A stretch of 64,000 nucleotides of DNA, from the NCBI GenBank assembly GCA_017499595.2, contig CM038999.1, positions 1,922,001 through 1,986,000 on the forward strand, written 5' to 3'. Below the pieces are notes generated by a model that was given only the letters and a program-made list of their open reading frames with translations, ran no database searches and had not been told where the DNA came from. This document shows, piece after piece, positions 14,649 through 26,367 of this stretch; the stretch's first letter is position 1; the number at the start of each line of letters is the position of its first letter. This stretch comes from Psilocybe cubensis (lineage: Eukaryota). The position numbers were made by a program, and so were the translations under genes.

Positions 14649-17600
14649 ATGGACTCTGTTGTTGCTCACAATGATATGACCGTTGATCTTCCACCGACTC
14701 TTATGGGTGCATTTCCAAATGGCATTCACCAAGATGAATCTATGGATCCTTCGGTAGAAGAACTAGAGAAAGAACTACCAGTTGTTTACGATGGGCAGAT
14801 ATCACTTGGAGATCTTATTTCGCGTGTTGTTCAGTCAATCTACGCAGAACTGTCGGAATTTGCAGAAACGTGAGCGCCCCGACATTTTTGTAATTTGAAC
14901 TCATTTCCAATCCTCGTCGCTATATAGCATGCCCAACATGTCTAAAGAAGCTCGGAAGCGCAAACTTGCAGATTGGGTTGTACATACGAAAAAGCAGGTC
15001 GTTAAACTCTACGCGGTGGCCAAATGGTCTCGGGATGCTGATGCTGTCCAAAAATGCATGGTGGGTTTCAGTGACCTCCTTGGTTCCGTTTCTTATCTTA
15101 TGACATTCCCAGAATATCACAGCCTTTCTTATGACCCAAAATCAGCAATTTGATGATGCCATAAGAGGTTTGAATTATGGAAAAGAATCCCTGGATCCCG
15201 CGAGGTGCGTACCTCGCCGTTCTGTTCCCTTTCGATCCCTCACATTTTACACCAGACTCCGAAATCATGATCTCCTTACTTCTTTGGACGTCCTTACTAA
15301 AGGATCATATTTACGTCTTCCAACCTGTATCAAAGTCAGTTGTCCCTATTTTTTTGCAAACGACAAATTTATCATTATGATTTATGGTAGAAATTAGCGA
15401 TACCGCCTACACCATTGACCGATGCCGAGATTCATAAAACCCTTCTTGACATGGAGGCAACTATTCGCTATCGTCTGCGTATGACGGAGATAATTCCAGT
15501 AGAAATGTCGGATTATCGAATAGGTGGGAGAACGTATTCAACGTTTCTACGCGTAGAACTCAAGTTTTGCATTTCAATAGCTGGTGGACGCGTTCATTTT
15601 ACGGTGCCAAAACTGTTTAGTACTTCTCTATGTCTTCAAGGAGCAGAAAAAACTTCTGGATGGTTTTGCACTCAAGTAGAATTCTTGATTAATGTTGGAG
15701 GGGATCTTACTGGGTTGCAGGGTATGTAATTATAATCATCCCTAATATTTTATACCTAAAGGCTAGCAACAGAGTTCCCTCGAACGCCCGTGGGTATCAT
15801 CCGTCAGCATATAGTTGACGAGGCAGATAATCGGCTTGGGTACTATTATGAAGGACCTATTTCAGTAGCACCTTCACTGGAAGCGCCCCATAGGCCTCGA
15901 TTACCCCAGGGTGTGATTGACACGCCTCTTGTACGCGTTTATAATTTTCTACGTAGGTTCACCGTTTGTATACGGAAGCTTACGGTCCTGATTCACCTCA
16001 TCTCAAGAAATGATGTCCCTTTCATACCAACTTGAAATATTGTGGTATCAGGTATGACCATAATGATATGGTCTGTTCGAAGTTCTAATTTATCTAGGCT
16101 GAACGCATGAGATCTTTGGGATGGGCCGACTATTTAAAGGTTGAAATGACACCAGATAGGAAAAGCTTACGGGCATCATATTGGTTGCAAGTTTCTCCAT
16201 TTTTTTCTCAACAATTTATATCTTAAAGTGATCTTCAGACGTACCCCCGGACGTCATAAAATACCTCCTCTCGGCGGTACGTTGACCATATCCATCATTG
16301 AAACGCACGCGCCGCCACAGACAGGTCCAGGACCTGCTCGCACTTCGAGGCAACGCGTGGCTGCACGCCTTCAGCAAAAGGCCAAGTTAGGAAGGGCAAA
16401 ACCTTCAGATGAAGTGGAGGGTCTCAAATTTTCTGTTGTTTGGGAACCTACCAAAGGCGCTCTTGGTGTTATCGTTTCTGCGGAAGATACACATCTTCCC
16501 GAAAGCGTTTTGTATATCGTAAGGTTCCTTCGCCTACGCCTTTTGTACTCTATTGACGTTTGTAAAGGATGCTGATAATATCGATTTTGAACGCCTTTTA
16601 CGGATGACAATTCAACAGCACACAAAGGCCCTTTTGCAAACCTTTCAAAATCAATCGCAACATGGGCCAACCAAAGTATTTTCCCAACCCGGAGTGGTCA
16701 CGCTCATTTCAGAAAGTACATCAGCTTTTCCCATGAGGTGTTGTATTTTAGGCTCATGGAGTTTCGGATTTCCAGATAGCCTGCAAGCACTGCGGGTGCA
16801 GCTTTGTGATGAAGAAGTTGTCATCGTCACGATTGACCCCAGAACCGGAAAGCTAGATTTGAGAGACACTGGCGACCTTGCTGCTGCCGGCCGCGGCCCT
16901 CGATTCAGAGTAGTGACTGATAGGTTAAATGAGAACCCCGCTGCCTTATTTGACGCCTTGTTCACTATGCGCGGTTCAGTAGGTTTCATGTCATCACTCT
17001 GTCTGGACAGGAGACTGAAACTGTCATGCAGACAATTATTGACTTAGCGGAACAAAAAGCAAACTATCTTGGTTTACAGGTATATCGTCGTCGGAGTTTC
17101 CCAAAGCAAGGTCACTTAACAATTTATCATAATATTTATACATTTCGTCATGCTAACAGTAATCTGCAGAAATGGAGAAACTCGGTCCAGAGCATACTTG
17201 GTCACTATTTATTCAGCTCGCCAATTTCCCGAGTCATTATCTTGTCCTTGTAGTGGCAGAGGAACGCTTTAAATTTGCCTTGATTACCACCAAGCCTATC
17301 GAAAATGCGCCGTTTACGACCATGGTAATGGAAGATATCGCTTGGCTCGATTTTGACCGAATTCGAGAGGCAGCGTTTCCTTCTGCTGCACGGTCTTCTC
17401 GAAGAACTCTCAACAAGTCTGAAGATATTACCTCACATAACGCACCGGTCGATCGATCAGACAAAGTCGCCCCTTCTCGGTAAGTTGTGGAATTTTGAGC
17501 CCAGTATGCAGCCAACGTAAAATGTTTTAGTTTTAGCTTAGATACACAAGGGTTACGTGAATTATACAGCTATTGCAGGTGAACAAACCTCTACTATCTA

Positions 17601-19040
17601 TTACATTTATATTGAATATTTGATATAGTGCTCGCGTTGCATTCATTAACGTCGAAAGGCAATTCAAATTACGTGGAATTCCATTCACCCATGTCAACCC
17701 TGCAACTAGTTCTTCAATCTCTCCAGAGCTTACGTGGATACAATCATCCCTTGCCCGTTCTGTTCCTGCACTCTGTGTTCAATCAGAACATATTTTGTCC
17801 GGGGCCCCTGCAGCGGAAGCAGCAATGCCAAATATCAGGGTTATACCGCTAAATTGGTGGTCTAGTGACAAAGCACAGGTGATGATGATTTACTTTGGCC
17901 GTCAGCATAATACTCACAGGCTCTTTTTATTTCCTAGGTCGTAACTTGTGTAAAACTGAAATACGTTCAGCAACCCATTGGCAAAAAAGCCAGTGGGAGT
18001 GCTGTCATTCGCCCATCAAAACGAATCATTTACGACACCACTGAAGCTGTTGTTTCATTTTTATCTGAGAATGTCAATACCTGTGTGGATGAATTCTTAG
18101 AAGAATGGGCCAAAGTATCAAAAATGGTTGTTATTGCCAGAGAAGGTAGGTTAACTCCTCGAGAAAATATTTTTCACTAATTTTGTTATAGTTGCGCAAA
18201 TGTCTAGCCATGCAAAGTGGCGTGATGTGCGATTGCTTTCTTTCGACCTGCAAACTGTTGAATTCGCCTATGCTGAGGTAGCCTTGATCGTCATTGTTGC
18301 TGTTGCACATTTTAATCTAGTTGCATCATCAGAGTTATACAGTCTCCATCACCTGCGAAGACCAACTTTCATCTACAGGCGGCAGCTTTAATCTCGAGTT
18401 TTCTCGGATTGAACCAGAAGATCAAAATGCAATGGAAACGGATATAGGATTCGACTCCTTTAATCCTCATGAAGATGCCGAACCCTTTTTCCGCGATATT
18501 TTAAGACATGCTCACGGTCGCCTGGCTCCTTCCCTTCATTATCTGGTGACACTTCTCAGGAATACGCTGCCTATCGTAGTCGAGTTACACAAGATACGCC
18601 AGGATTGTGATGCGAAAGGGAAACATGTTGATGTCTTCGCGAAGGCAGCGGGATGGTATCGTCTCTTGTATGGTGATTTGAAGTGTGTAATTTATTTGCT
18701 TTCGGCTTTAATCGACGTCCTGACTTTTCATCATAGACATGGCCTTGATTTCAGATTGATGACATCCCAGAGGGTGGCGATCCTTGATGCATCCCATTCG
18801 TTATTTGATGCAGGGAAACAGAATTCTCTAGTGGATGGGCTAGGTCTACAACCTATACCCCGTTTGCGCGAAATCATTTCGGAGGCAGTACGAAAAGGTT
18901 TGACCTCTGGAACATTACCAGTAGGCAAGATTGCTGCCGTTGATGTAGGAGTGGTCTGCAACGGTGGCAGCATTGGTTTCCTTACATCTGCTATCCATGA
19001 CCAGATTTTAAAGGAACTAGACTCTAATATGGTTCTTTAG
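14649..19040 (+). CDS. MED14: Mediator subunit 14 (Med14/Rgr1)
   Basis: Med14 N-domain ISLGDLISRVVQSIYAELSEFAET...RKRKLADWVVHTKKQVVKLYAVAKWSR...RLRNHDLLTSLDVLTKGSYLRLP, then GGRVHFTVPKLF. Many introns. Confidence 0.9.
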
Positions 19041-19227
19041 TTACTTCCTTCTATTTTCATCCTTTATGTTATCGTGTTTGAGCTTGCTGTCTTTTTTTTT
19101 ATCTCATACCTCGTGCTTTTCACTATTTACTCGTACACGTATATCTTTGTATTATTTTAAATGGTGTCAACTATGTACAGTAAACCTAATGAAGAGAATA
19201 TGAAAACAATTGGATACTCAGTACGTA

Positions 19228-22200
19228 TCAATCCGACAGTTCTATTATTTCTAAGCTCCCTCTCTGGATGATCCTATGCTTAAAAGTTTCAGATGGCTTA
19301 GATATTTGAAGGTGAGATATGGCTTTTTGAAGATCATGGTCGAGCTCCTGATCAGCCAGGGACAATCGAGATGAGGGAGGATTGTCGGCAGGTGAAGGTG
19401 AGATCAAGCAGGATTGGTGGTACTTCCTAGTGGAATTAGGGAAGGCTAAAACAGATGGACTGGAAGATAGTGATAACGGTGTTGCGGAAGATCCAGAAGA
19501 CTTTCGAGGACGACCACGAGTTCTTTTGCCTTCAACAGATGGCTCGCCATCTCTGCCCGAGACGACCGACGGAGATCGAAGCTTGACATCTTGCTGAGAG
19601 GGTATACTAGATTCCAGAGGTGATGACGCTGAAGACGATTTTCGAGGTCGGCCGGGGGTTCTTTTTACAGGCGGCAATACGTTTCCAGTGTCTGAAGTAG
19701 CAGATGAGTTAGATAGATGCTCCTGTGTCAAGGGTGTAGGGGGATCGGCCGACAGTATTGATGATGCTGTGGGGGAACCAGATGATCGTCGAGGACGACC
19801 TCGAGGTCTTGTGGCTGTCACAGGCAACATCTTAGTCTTATCCGTGGAATTAGATGTAGATTGAGGTAAGGCACCTTTTTGCAAAGATGAAGATAAACTA
19901 GGCGATGTCGAAGAGAGCAGTGCTGCAGAATCAGAAGGTTTTCGAGGCCGGCCTCGAGATCTTTTTGGCGAGGGTAATGTATCTTTTGAACTCGAAGCCT
20001 TAGATGACGACGGAGGTGCGCTTTTAGGTGGTCGTGTGCGAGCGCCCTTGGAGATTGAAGAATAACTATCTAAGCTGGAAGAATCGCTGGAGCTTTTTCG
20101 AGGTCGACCTGGACCCCTCTTTGCAGCTGGGGAAGAGCTTATGCTGGGCCCCAACGACCCACTCACACGGCTGGCTTTCTCCTTTCCTGATCGACCTGCC
20201 GGTTTTTTTCCTGCAGATAAACCAGCCTCTGTACTGGTATCACCAATACTGATAACCTCATGATTTCTTGGAGGTCGACCTCGACCCCGTTTACCGGTGG
20301 AAGAACTGTCGCTCGAGCTAAGTATTGTGAGGTCGATAACTTCCGGAATATGATGTGTGGTCGAAGTCCCTGTGATTCGATCTTTGCTATCAACTCGGGC
20401 GCCTATCCGTGGACTAGGAGTCCGCAACCTGATTTTCGGAGAGGGCGAAACTACCGGCGGAATCCTATGAATTGGAGATTCACGATCCTTGGGTGGCCTC
20501 CCAACTTTTCTTTTCACCGGCAAAGGCTCGCTTTCCGAACTTGAAGCGATATTATCAAAGTCGAAAAATTCTCCTTCGCTACTGGACGTCGACCTCCGAG
20601 AAGACAATGCTCGGTTGCTTTTCTTTTCCGTTAACTCGCGAGGTTTTGATTTCGGGGAGGCCACTGCCTTGCCTTTAGTTCCGGGTGACGCTATTTCTGA
20701 CACATTGACAGAAGATGGCGAAGGAGAGCTAATTTGAGGTCTACCACGTCTTCTTTTCGTGGGCGACAGAGACAAACCATCCGGTTTTGAAGCAGTATTA
20801 CCGAAGACATTTTCCATGTCTGATGACGTTGGTTCTACAGCTCTTTCTTTCCCTTTCCGTTTTTTTCTGTTGTTTGGCATAGGAGTTGCATTATTTTCCG
20901 TCAAAGGCGACATCAGCCTCACTGGTGGAGAATAAACGTGCACGACTTTCCGTGGTCGTCCAACGCCTCTTTTCAGTGGCGTTGACATACCACCTTGGGT
21001 GCTAGAGGAGATATCATTAAAATCAAAAGACTCTCCTTCGCTGCTGGTTGAGCCATTTGTTGAATCATTCGAGGTCTTGTTGGCTGCCTTTGACAATTTC
21101 CTTCCTTTTCCCCGGGAAGAACGCTGTGCTTTCTTTTTCACGTTTGGAGTTTTTGCAAGCTCTTCGTCGTCATCCGAAACAAACATATCGTCGGTGGCCA
21201 CATCTGGATGATCTCCACTTGGATCTGTGGGAGGTAGCCGACGGTAGCATCCACGAATGACATCACCCCACAAAGTATATTCAGCACATGATATGCAATG
21301 ACCACCTCTAGGAATCATGGTTGTAATTTCTGGCTGTTCCTTTTTAAAGTGGCCTGATAGACATTCCAGATGGCTGACAGCTTCACAATTGGAAGAAGGA
21401 CAAAGGCCCGACTTGGTAGGTTCCTGAGTATATCCAAGTAAATGAGAAATATAGGTACGCGATATATTGGATGCATTTACCGTTGCGAAATCATCGATAG
21501 GTTCATGACATATGGAACAAGTTAATGGGCGGCCCGAGTCTATGATTTTTCTGCTTTTGGACAATATTTCAGATGTGAATTCGGCTAAAGAAAGCCACGG
21601 GAAAGGAAAACAGAAGCATGAGGGTCCATGGTGCAAAGATGAAGCGCGAAGTCAGACGAAACACTGACCGTCATCTACGCTAATAGGACCCTTGCGCCCA
21701 GAACCTCGTAGACCAGATCTCCCGTCGACGCCTTCGAGCTCCACTGAACAAGTAAACCCTGGTGGCAATGGTAAAATTCCACTTGCATCAGCTGCTGCCC
21801 ATTGGTCAGCGACTTCTTTCGTAAATATCTTGACATGAAGTGGCCATGTATTAAAAGGATGCAACGAAATCATGGTGCGGACAATTCTAAGATTTGGGAA
21901 ACGACGGATGTATTAGGTGAGAAAGAGATGCTGAATGAGCTGTATCGATACTCACGTAACGTTCTTTTTGAGCAATTTTGCGGCTCGCATCCCAAACATA
22001 CGTCCGTTCGCATCGCAAAGGTGGCGAGATATGTGCGGGTGTTGCCATGCCCATTCGAATTGCAGGGCTGCCTTTGATTAGGATAAATGTGAGACATCTA
22101 AGGGGGTCAAACAAGTGTCGAGCACGCACTAGTCTTGAAGGAAATCCATACACTATCATTTGCATGACCCATGGTCTTTTAGATCTCGTCTTTTTGGCAC

Positions 22201-22487
22201 CTTGGGTAAGTTCTCCGTTATGTTGCCTGTTGAGGAGCCATTTCAGTTAATTCGGTGGCATAAAGCCATGCAGAGAAATTAACCTGATTCTTCGGGGAGG
22301 AGAGGGTGTACTCCCTATGTAGGTTCTAATTGCCTATTAAGATTTATGTTCCGGGAAACATGTGCAGGAGGGCCTACGCTGTTGATTGAGGGGTCTGGAC
22401 TGATTTAAGAAGATAACAGGCATAGAAAAGAGGTGTCGAGTGAGAAAAGAGAGAGGATCGTGTGCCGACGGGCCTCATAGAGGCCAT
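19228..22487 (-). CDS. SLX1: Structure-specific endonuclease subunit Slx1 (GIY-YIG + RING-like domain) with long AT-hook-rich C-terminal extension
   Basis: FYACYLLKS...[27 protein letters not shown]...[28 protein letters not shown] is the Slx1 GIY-YIG signature. It is followed by CSICH...[16 protein letters not shown]...CISC...WGDVIRGC and then one open exon to the stop at 19228. Confidence 0.9.
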
Positions 22488-22547
22488 TTGAAGCAGTCGC
22501 GACTAGGTTGCAAGAGAGCTACCGGCGTGATGCGTGAGAGCAATTGA

Positions 22548-22570
22548 ACGCGAAATGTCACGCGACGCGT
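22548..22570. promoter_or_regulatory. Cluster of MCB-like (ACGCG/ACGCGT) elements upstream of SLX1
   Basis: aACGCGaaatgtcACGCGACGCGTga, three ACGCG cores 60-85 bp upstream of the SLX1 ATG. Confidence 0.45.
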
Positions 22571-22640
22571 GAAACAGTTACACCTGATGTAATTAAGAAC
22601 CCCCTAACAAGTATTATACAAGTAAATGATACACGATTTT

Positions 22641-23187
22641 TTACAAGGCGCCTACTACTAAATAGGCATCTCTAGATCCGTAGGACAAAGTCCGATATAG
22701 ATTGGTAATAATGTCGGAAGAAACCAAAATGCCCATACGTTCGTAAAATTGGAGAGCGCGGGTATTGGTGGTTGAAACGTTGGCATAGATGAGAATGGGG
22801 GTGGCGGGGTCCTGCTTGAAGGCATTGACGAGAGACATGATGAGCCGACGGGCAAGACCACGGTGTTGGAAAGCAGGAAGGACGCCGAGGGTGAGGATTT
22901 CGAGACGAGGGGAAACCTCGGAATCTCCCGAGATGAAACAGCGGGTGGGATTGTGGAGAGCGGCTGAAATGAAACCGACAGGAGAGCCATGGCTGTATGC
23001 TACGTAGCATGCACGGGATGGAATGACGAGGAGATGGATAAAGAAAGAGACAGGGTACTGCACAGGGAGCAGCTTGGCCTGCAACACGTCAGGCACACAC
23101 GGGAGCAAGGGAAAACATACGCACGTGCAGATCCCTGACCCTGGCGAGTTCGCGTGCAGTGAGGGGCGCAACTTGAAAGTCGCTCAT
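22641..23187 (-). CDS. GNAT-family N-acetyltransferase (Naa50/Naa60-like)
   Basis: Two exons: MSDFQVAPLTARELARVRDLH / AKLLPVQYPVSFF...LEILTLGVLPAFQHRGLARRLI (acetyl-CoA motif A)...NVSTTNTRALQFYERMG...DAYL. Confidence 0.8.
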
Positions 23188-23263
23188 CGCCCACGCGCAT
23201 TCTGCTTCAGAACCAGCTGCTTATAATATGAGCAAAACACGAACCCGGGATGCGCTGGGAATC

Positions 23264-23546
23264 CTGGGGCGGGGAGCCGACGCGGGGAATCCAGGGGACG
23301 GATCTGTTTATAGCGCAGCATGTGATACCCAGCTTACGGGTACGGGTCCGGCAGGGCTGCGACTCGAGATGCATTCTCTCTTCACCCAGCGTGTTCCGTG
23401 CGGAGAGGTTGCGGAGGACCTGCGACGGGCCACCGACGACGGTGCTCGGGCCAAATCGGCCCTTTCTGCTGTGATTTTCCTTGGGATTCTTTTGGATTTC
23501 CGGCGATCCAGGGATGGCGCTGCAGCGGGTCCTTGGTGCTATAAAA
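23264..23546 (+). promoter_or_regulatory. PCK1 promoter: five SYGGRG (CreA/Mig1-type) sites and a TATA box
   Basis: CTGGGG 23264, GCGGGG 23269 and 23282, GCGGAG 23400 and 23411, TATAAAA 23540. A 5'-UTR intron at about 23607-23678 follows. Confidence 0.5.
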
Positions 23547-23696
23547 CCACTCTTTGCCCTTGCCCGCTTTCCTATTCATTCCACTACTCCTCCTTTCTCT
23601 AGACAGGTACGCCAACTTCGCACGCTCGCGGATCTTGTTTTCTCTGTGCATATATATCTTACCCTCCCCCTCCCCCAGTTCCCCGCTTTTTCAAAA

Positions 23697-25778
23697 ATGG
23701 TTCTCCCCCACCACACCCCATACGTGACCCCCCACATCCTCCACAAGAACTATGCCCAATCACACGACAACGAGCAGTTCTCGACCCGTATGTTCTGTCC
23801 ATCCCCGCCCCTGTCTTCCTCTCGCTTACCCTTTCTCTAGTCATCGGCCAGGATCTCGAGTACTTCTCACAGGCCGGTTTCGACATGGATCGTATCCAGA
23901 TCAAACGCAACGCCCCCGTCGCTCTTCTTTACGAAGATGCCATCCGCAATGAGGGTGCTATCATCTCCTCTTCCGGTGCCTTGATCAACTTTTCCGGAAA
24001 GAAGACCGGTCGCAGTCCAAAGGACAAGCGTATCGTTTTCGAGGACACCAGCAAGGATGACATCTGGTGGGGTTCAGTCAATATCAAGATGGACGAGCGT
24101 ACGCTTTCCTATTTCCTCTCTTCCTATCCATCTCTTTTCTCATGTCTATCCAGATACTTTTGAAATTAATCGAGAACGTGCCATCGATTATCTTAATACA
24201 CGCGACAACGTGTATGTTTTTGACGGATTTGCTGGGGTTAGTATTTTTTCCACATCCCCTGGCTTCCACGCTCATATCTTGGTTCCAGTGGGATCCCAAG
24301 TACCGTATCAAGGTTCGCGTCATTTGTGCCCGAGCCTACCATGCTTTGTTCATGGTGCGTCTTTCATTCCCTCGTCTCTTTGATAAGGTTCCTAATGCAT
24401 TGCCTTTCAGCATAACATGCTCATCCGCCCGACGGAAGAGCAACTTGCAAACTTTGGAGAACCTGATTTCATCATTTACAACGCCGGCCAGTTCCCGGCT
24501 AACCGTTTCACAAAAGGCATGAGCTCCACAACCTCTGTGGAAATCAACTTCAAACGTATGGAAATGGTCATCCTCGGTACTGAATATGCCGGTGAAATGA
24601 AAAAGGGTGTCTTCTCTGTTATGGTATGCTTTATCAAATTTCGCTTAATTGGATGACCCCTAATTACCCCGCATTTTGTTATTATAGCACTATCTGCAAC
24701 CAGTCAAGTTTGGTCAACTTTCTCTTCACTCTTCCGCCAATGTTGGCATTGAGAAAGGCGACGTCACTTTGTTCTTCGGTCTTTCTGGAACTGGAAAGAC
24801 TACTCTTTCCGCTGATCCTAATCGTTTGCTTATCGGTGATGACGAACATGTTTGGTCTGATACTGGTGTCTTCAACATTGAAGGTGGATGCTACGCCAAA
24901 TGCATCAACCTCTCTGCCGAAAAGGAACCCGACATCTACAACGCCATCAGATACGGTAGCATCCTCGAAAACGTCGTCTACAATCCCCTTTCTCGCATCC
25001 CCGATTACGATGACGTCAGCATTACTGAAAACACCCGCTGCGCCTATCCTATCGAATACATTCCTAATGCCCAGATACCCTGTATGGTTGACCGACAACC
25101 CACCAACATCATCATGTTGACCTGCGATGCATTCGGTGTACTTCCTCCTGTTAGCCGACTCACCCCCGAGCAGGCCAGCTACCACTTCTTGGCCGGCTAC
25201 ACATCGTGAGTTCATCTCTACTTTAACCCAAACTTATTCTTATCTTTTTTTCTTCAGGAAAACTCCAGGAACTGAAGATGGTGTGCTTGAACCCATTCCC
25301 ACCTTCTCTACTTGCTACAGTGCTCCTTTCATCGTCCTTCACGTAAGTTAATATCATTGTTGGAATCCACAATTCCGTGTTGACAATTACGCTCTAGCCC
25401 GGCCGTTATGCTTCGATGCTCGCCGAGCGTATGGCGAAGCACAAAGTTGACTGCTGGCTTATCAACACTGGCTGGACAGCTGGCAAATTTGGCACAGGCA
25501 AGCGTTGCCCTCTTAAATATACCCGCCGCATCGTCGACGCTGTGCACTCTGGTGAACTTGCTCAGGCTGAGTTTGAAAACTTTGGCACTTTCAACTTGTC
25601 AATACCCACGTCTCTTGAGGGTGTCCCCCGAGAGCTCCTCAACCCATCCATCGCTTGGGCGGACAAGGAGGCCTTCCAGAAAGAGCTCAGAAAGCTTGCT
25701 GGCATGTTCACCAAGGCCTTTGCGCTGTATGAAAGCGATGTCGACGAGAAGGTTAGGATGGCGGGACCCCAGATCTAG
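23697..25778 (+). CDS. PCK1: Phosphoenolpyruvate carboxykinase (ATP)
   Basis: [79 protein letters not shown]. Confidence 0.97.
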
Positions 25779-26205
25779 AGCTGAAGCTTGACAGTCGTAC
25801 TAGAATATTGTAATTTGGTAGCATGTTCTTTTATTTCTCCTTCGGACTTTTCTTTAATATGTGTACATGAATGCTAGATACGCCTGTAGGTGTACAAATG
25901 GAAATTGTTGTCTTTTGTAGTTTGGCAAAGAAATCTCAGCGCACCTTGACTGGCCTTGGCATGGGAGTGGAAGGAATATAGGTGCTTAGGGGTGCTTGTT
26001 TGCATTTGCTTGGACCGAGGCTGGCATCGGCATTCACCGGCATTACATCCTTGTGGCCAATCATGATCTGCAGACGTGGAACTTGTACTTGATCGACCTC
26101 AATTTTTGACTCGACACAAAGATTACCACTCATTTTGCATCCGTCGGCCCCGCTCACTCAAGGGATCGATAGAAAGCTTAGCAATCACGATCTATGTTCA
26201 TTCAT

Positions 26206-26312
26206 GTCCACGTCGACATATTCAAGTCCACGTTTGCTTTGCGTCGTCGTTCTACGTGTCGTGATTCCCTGCAATTCCTCAGTATACCATGATCGTCCAC
26301 GAAGAGTATAAA
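26206..26312 (+). promoter_or_regulatory. Putative UPR elements and TATA box of the BiP gene
   Basis: GTCCACGT at 26206 and 26226, TACGTG at 26253, GTCCACG at 26295, TATAAA at 26307. Confidence 0.45.
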
Positions 26313-26367
26313 TCATGCGCTGCCTAGGAAATGGAACCTTGCAAAATCTTCACCTACCAGTCCTGAG

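Noticed and set aside
25770..25795. Cryptic peroxisomal signal by stop-codon readthrough in PCK1 (also checked for the nucleoside hydrolase)
   Set aside because: No TGA-CTA readthrough context and no SKL-like tripeptide before the next in-frame stop.
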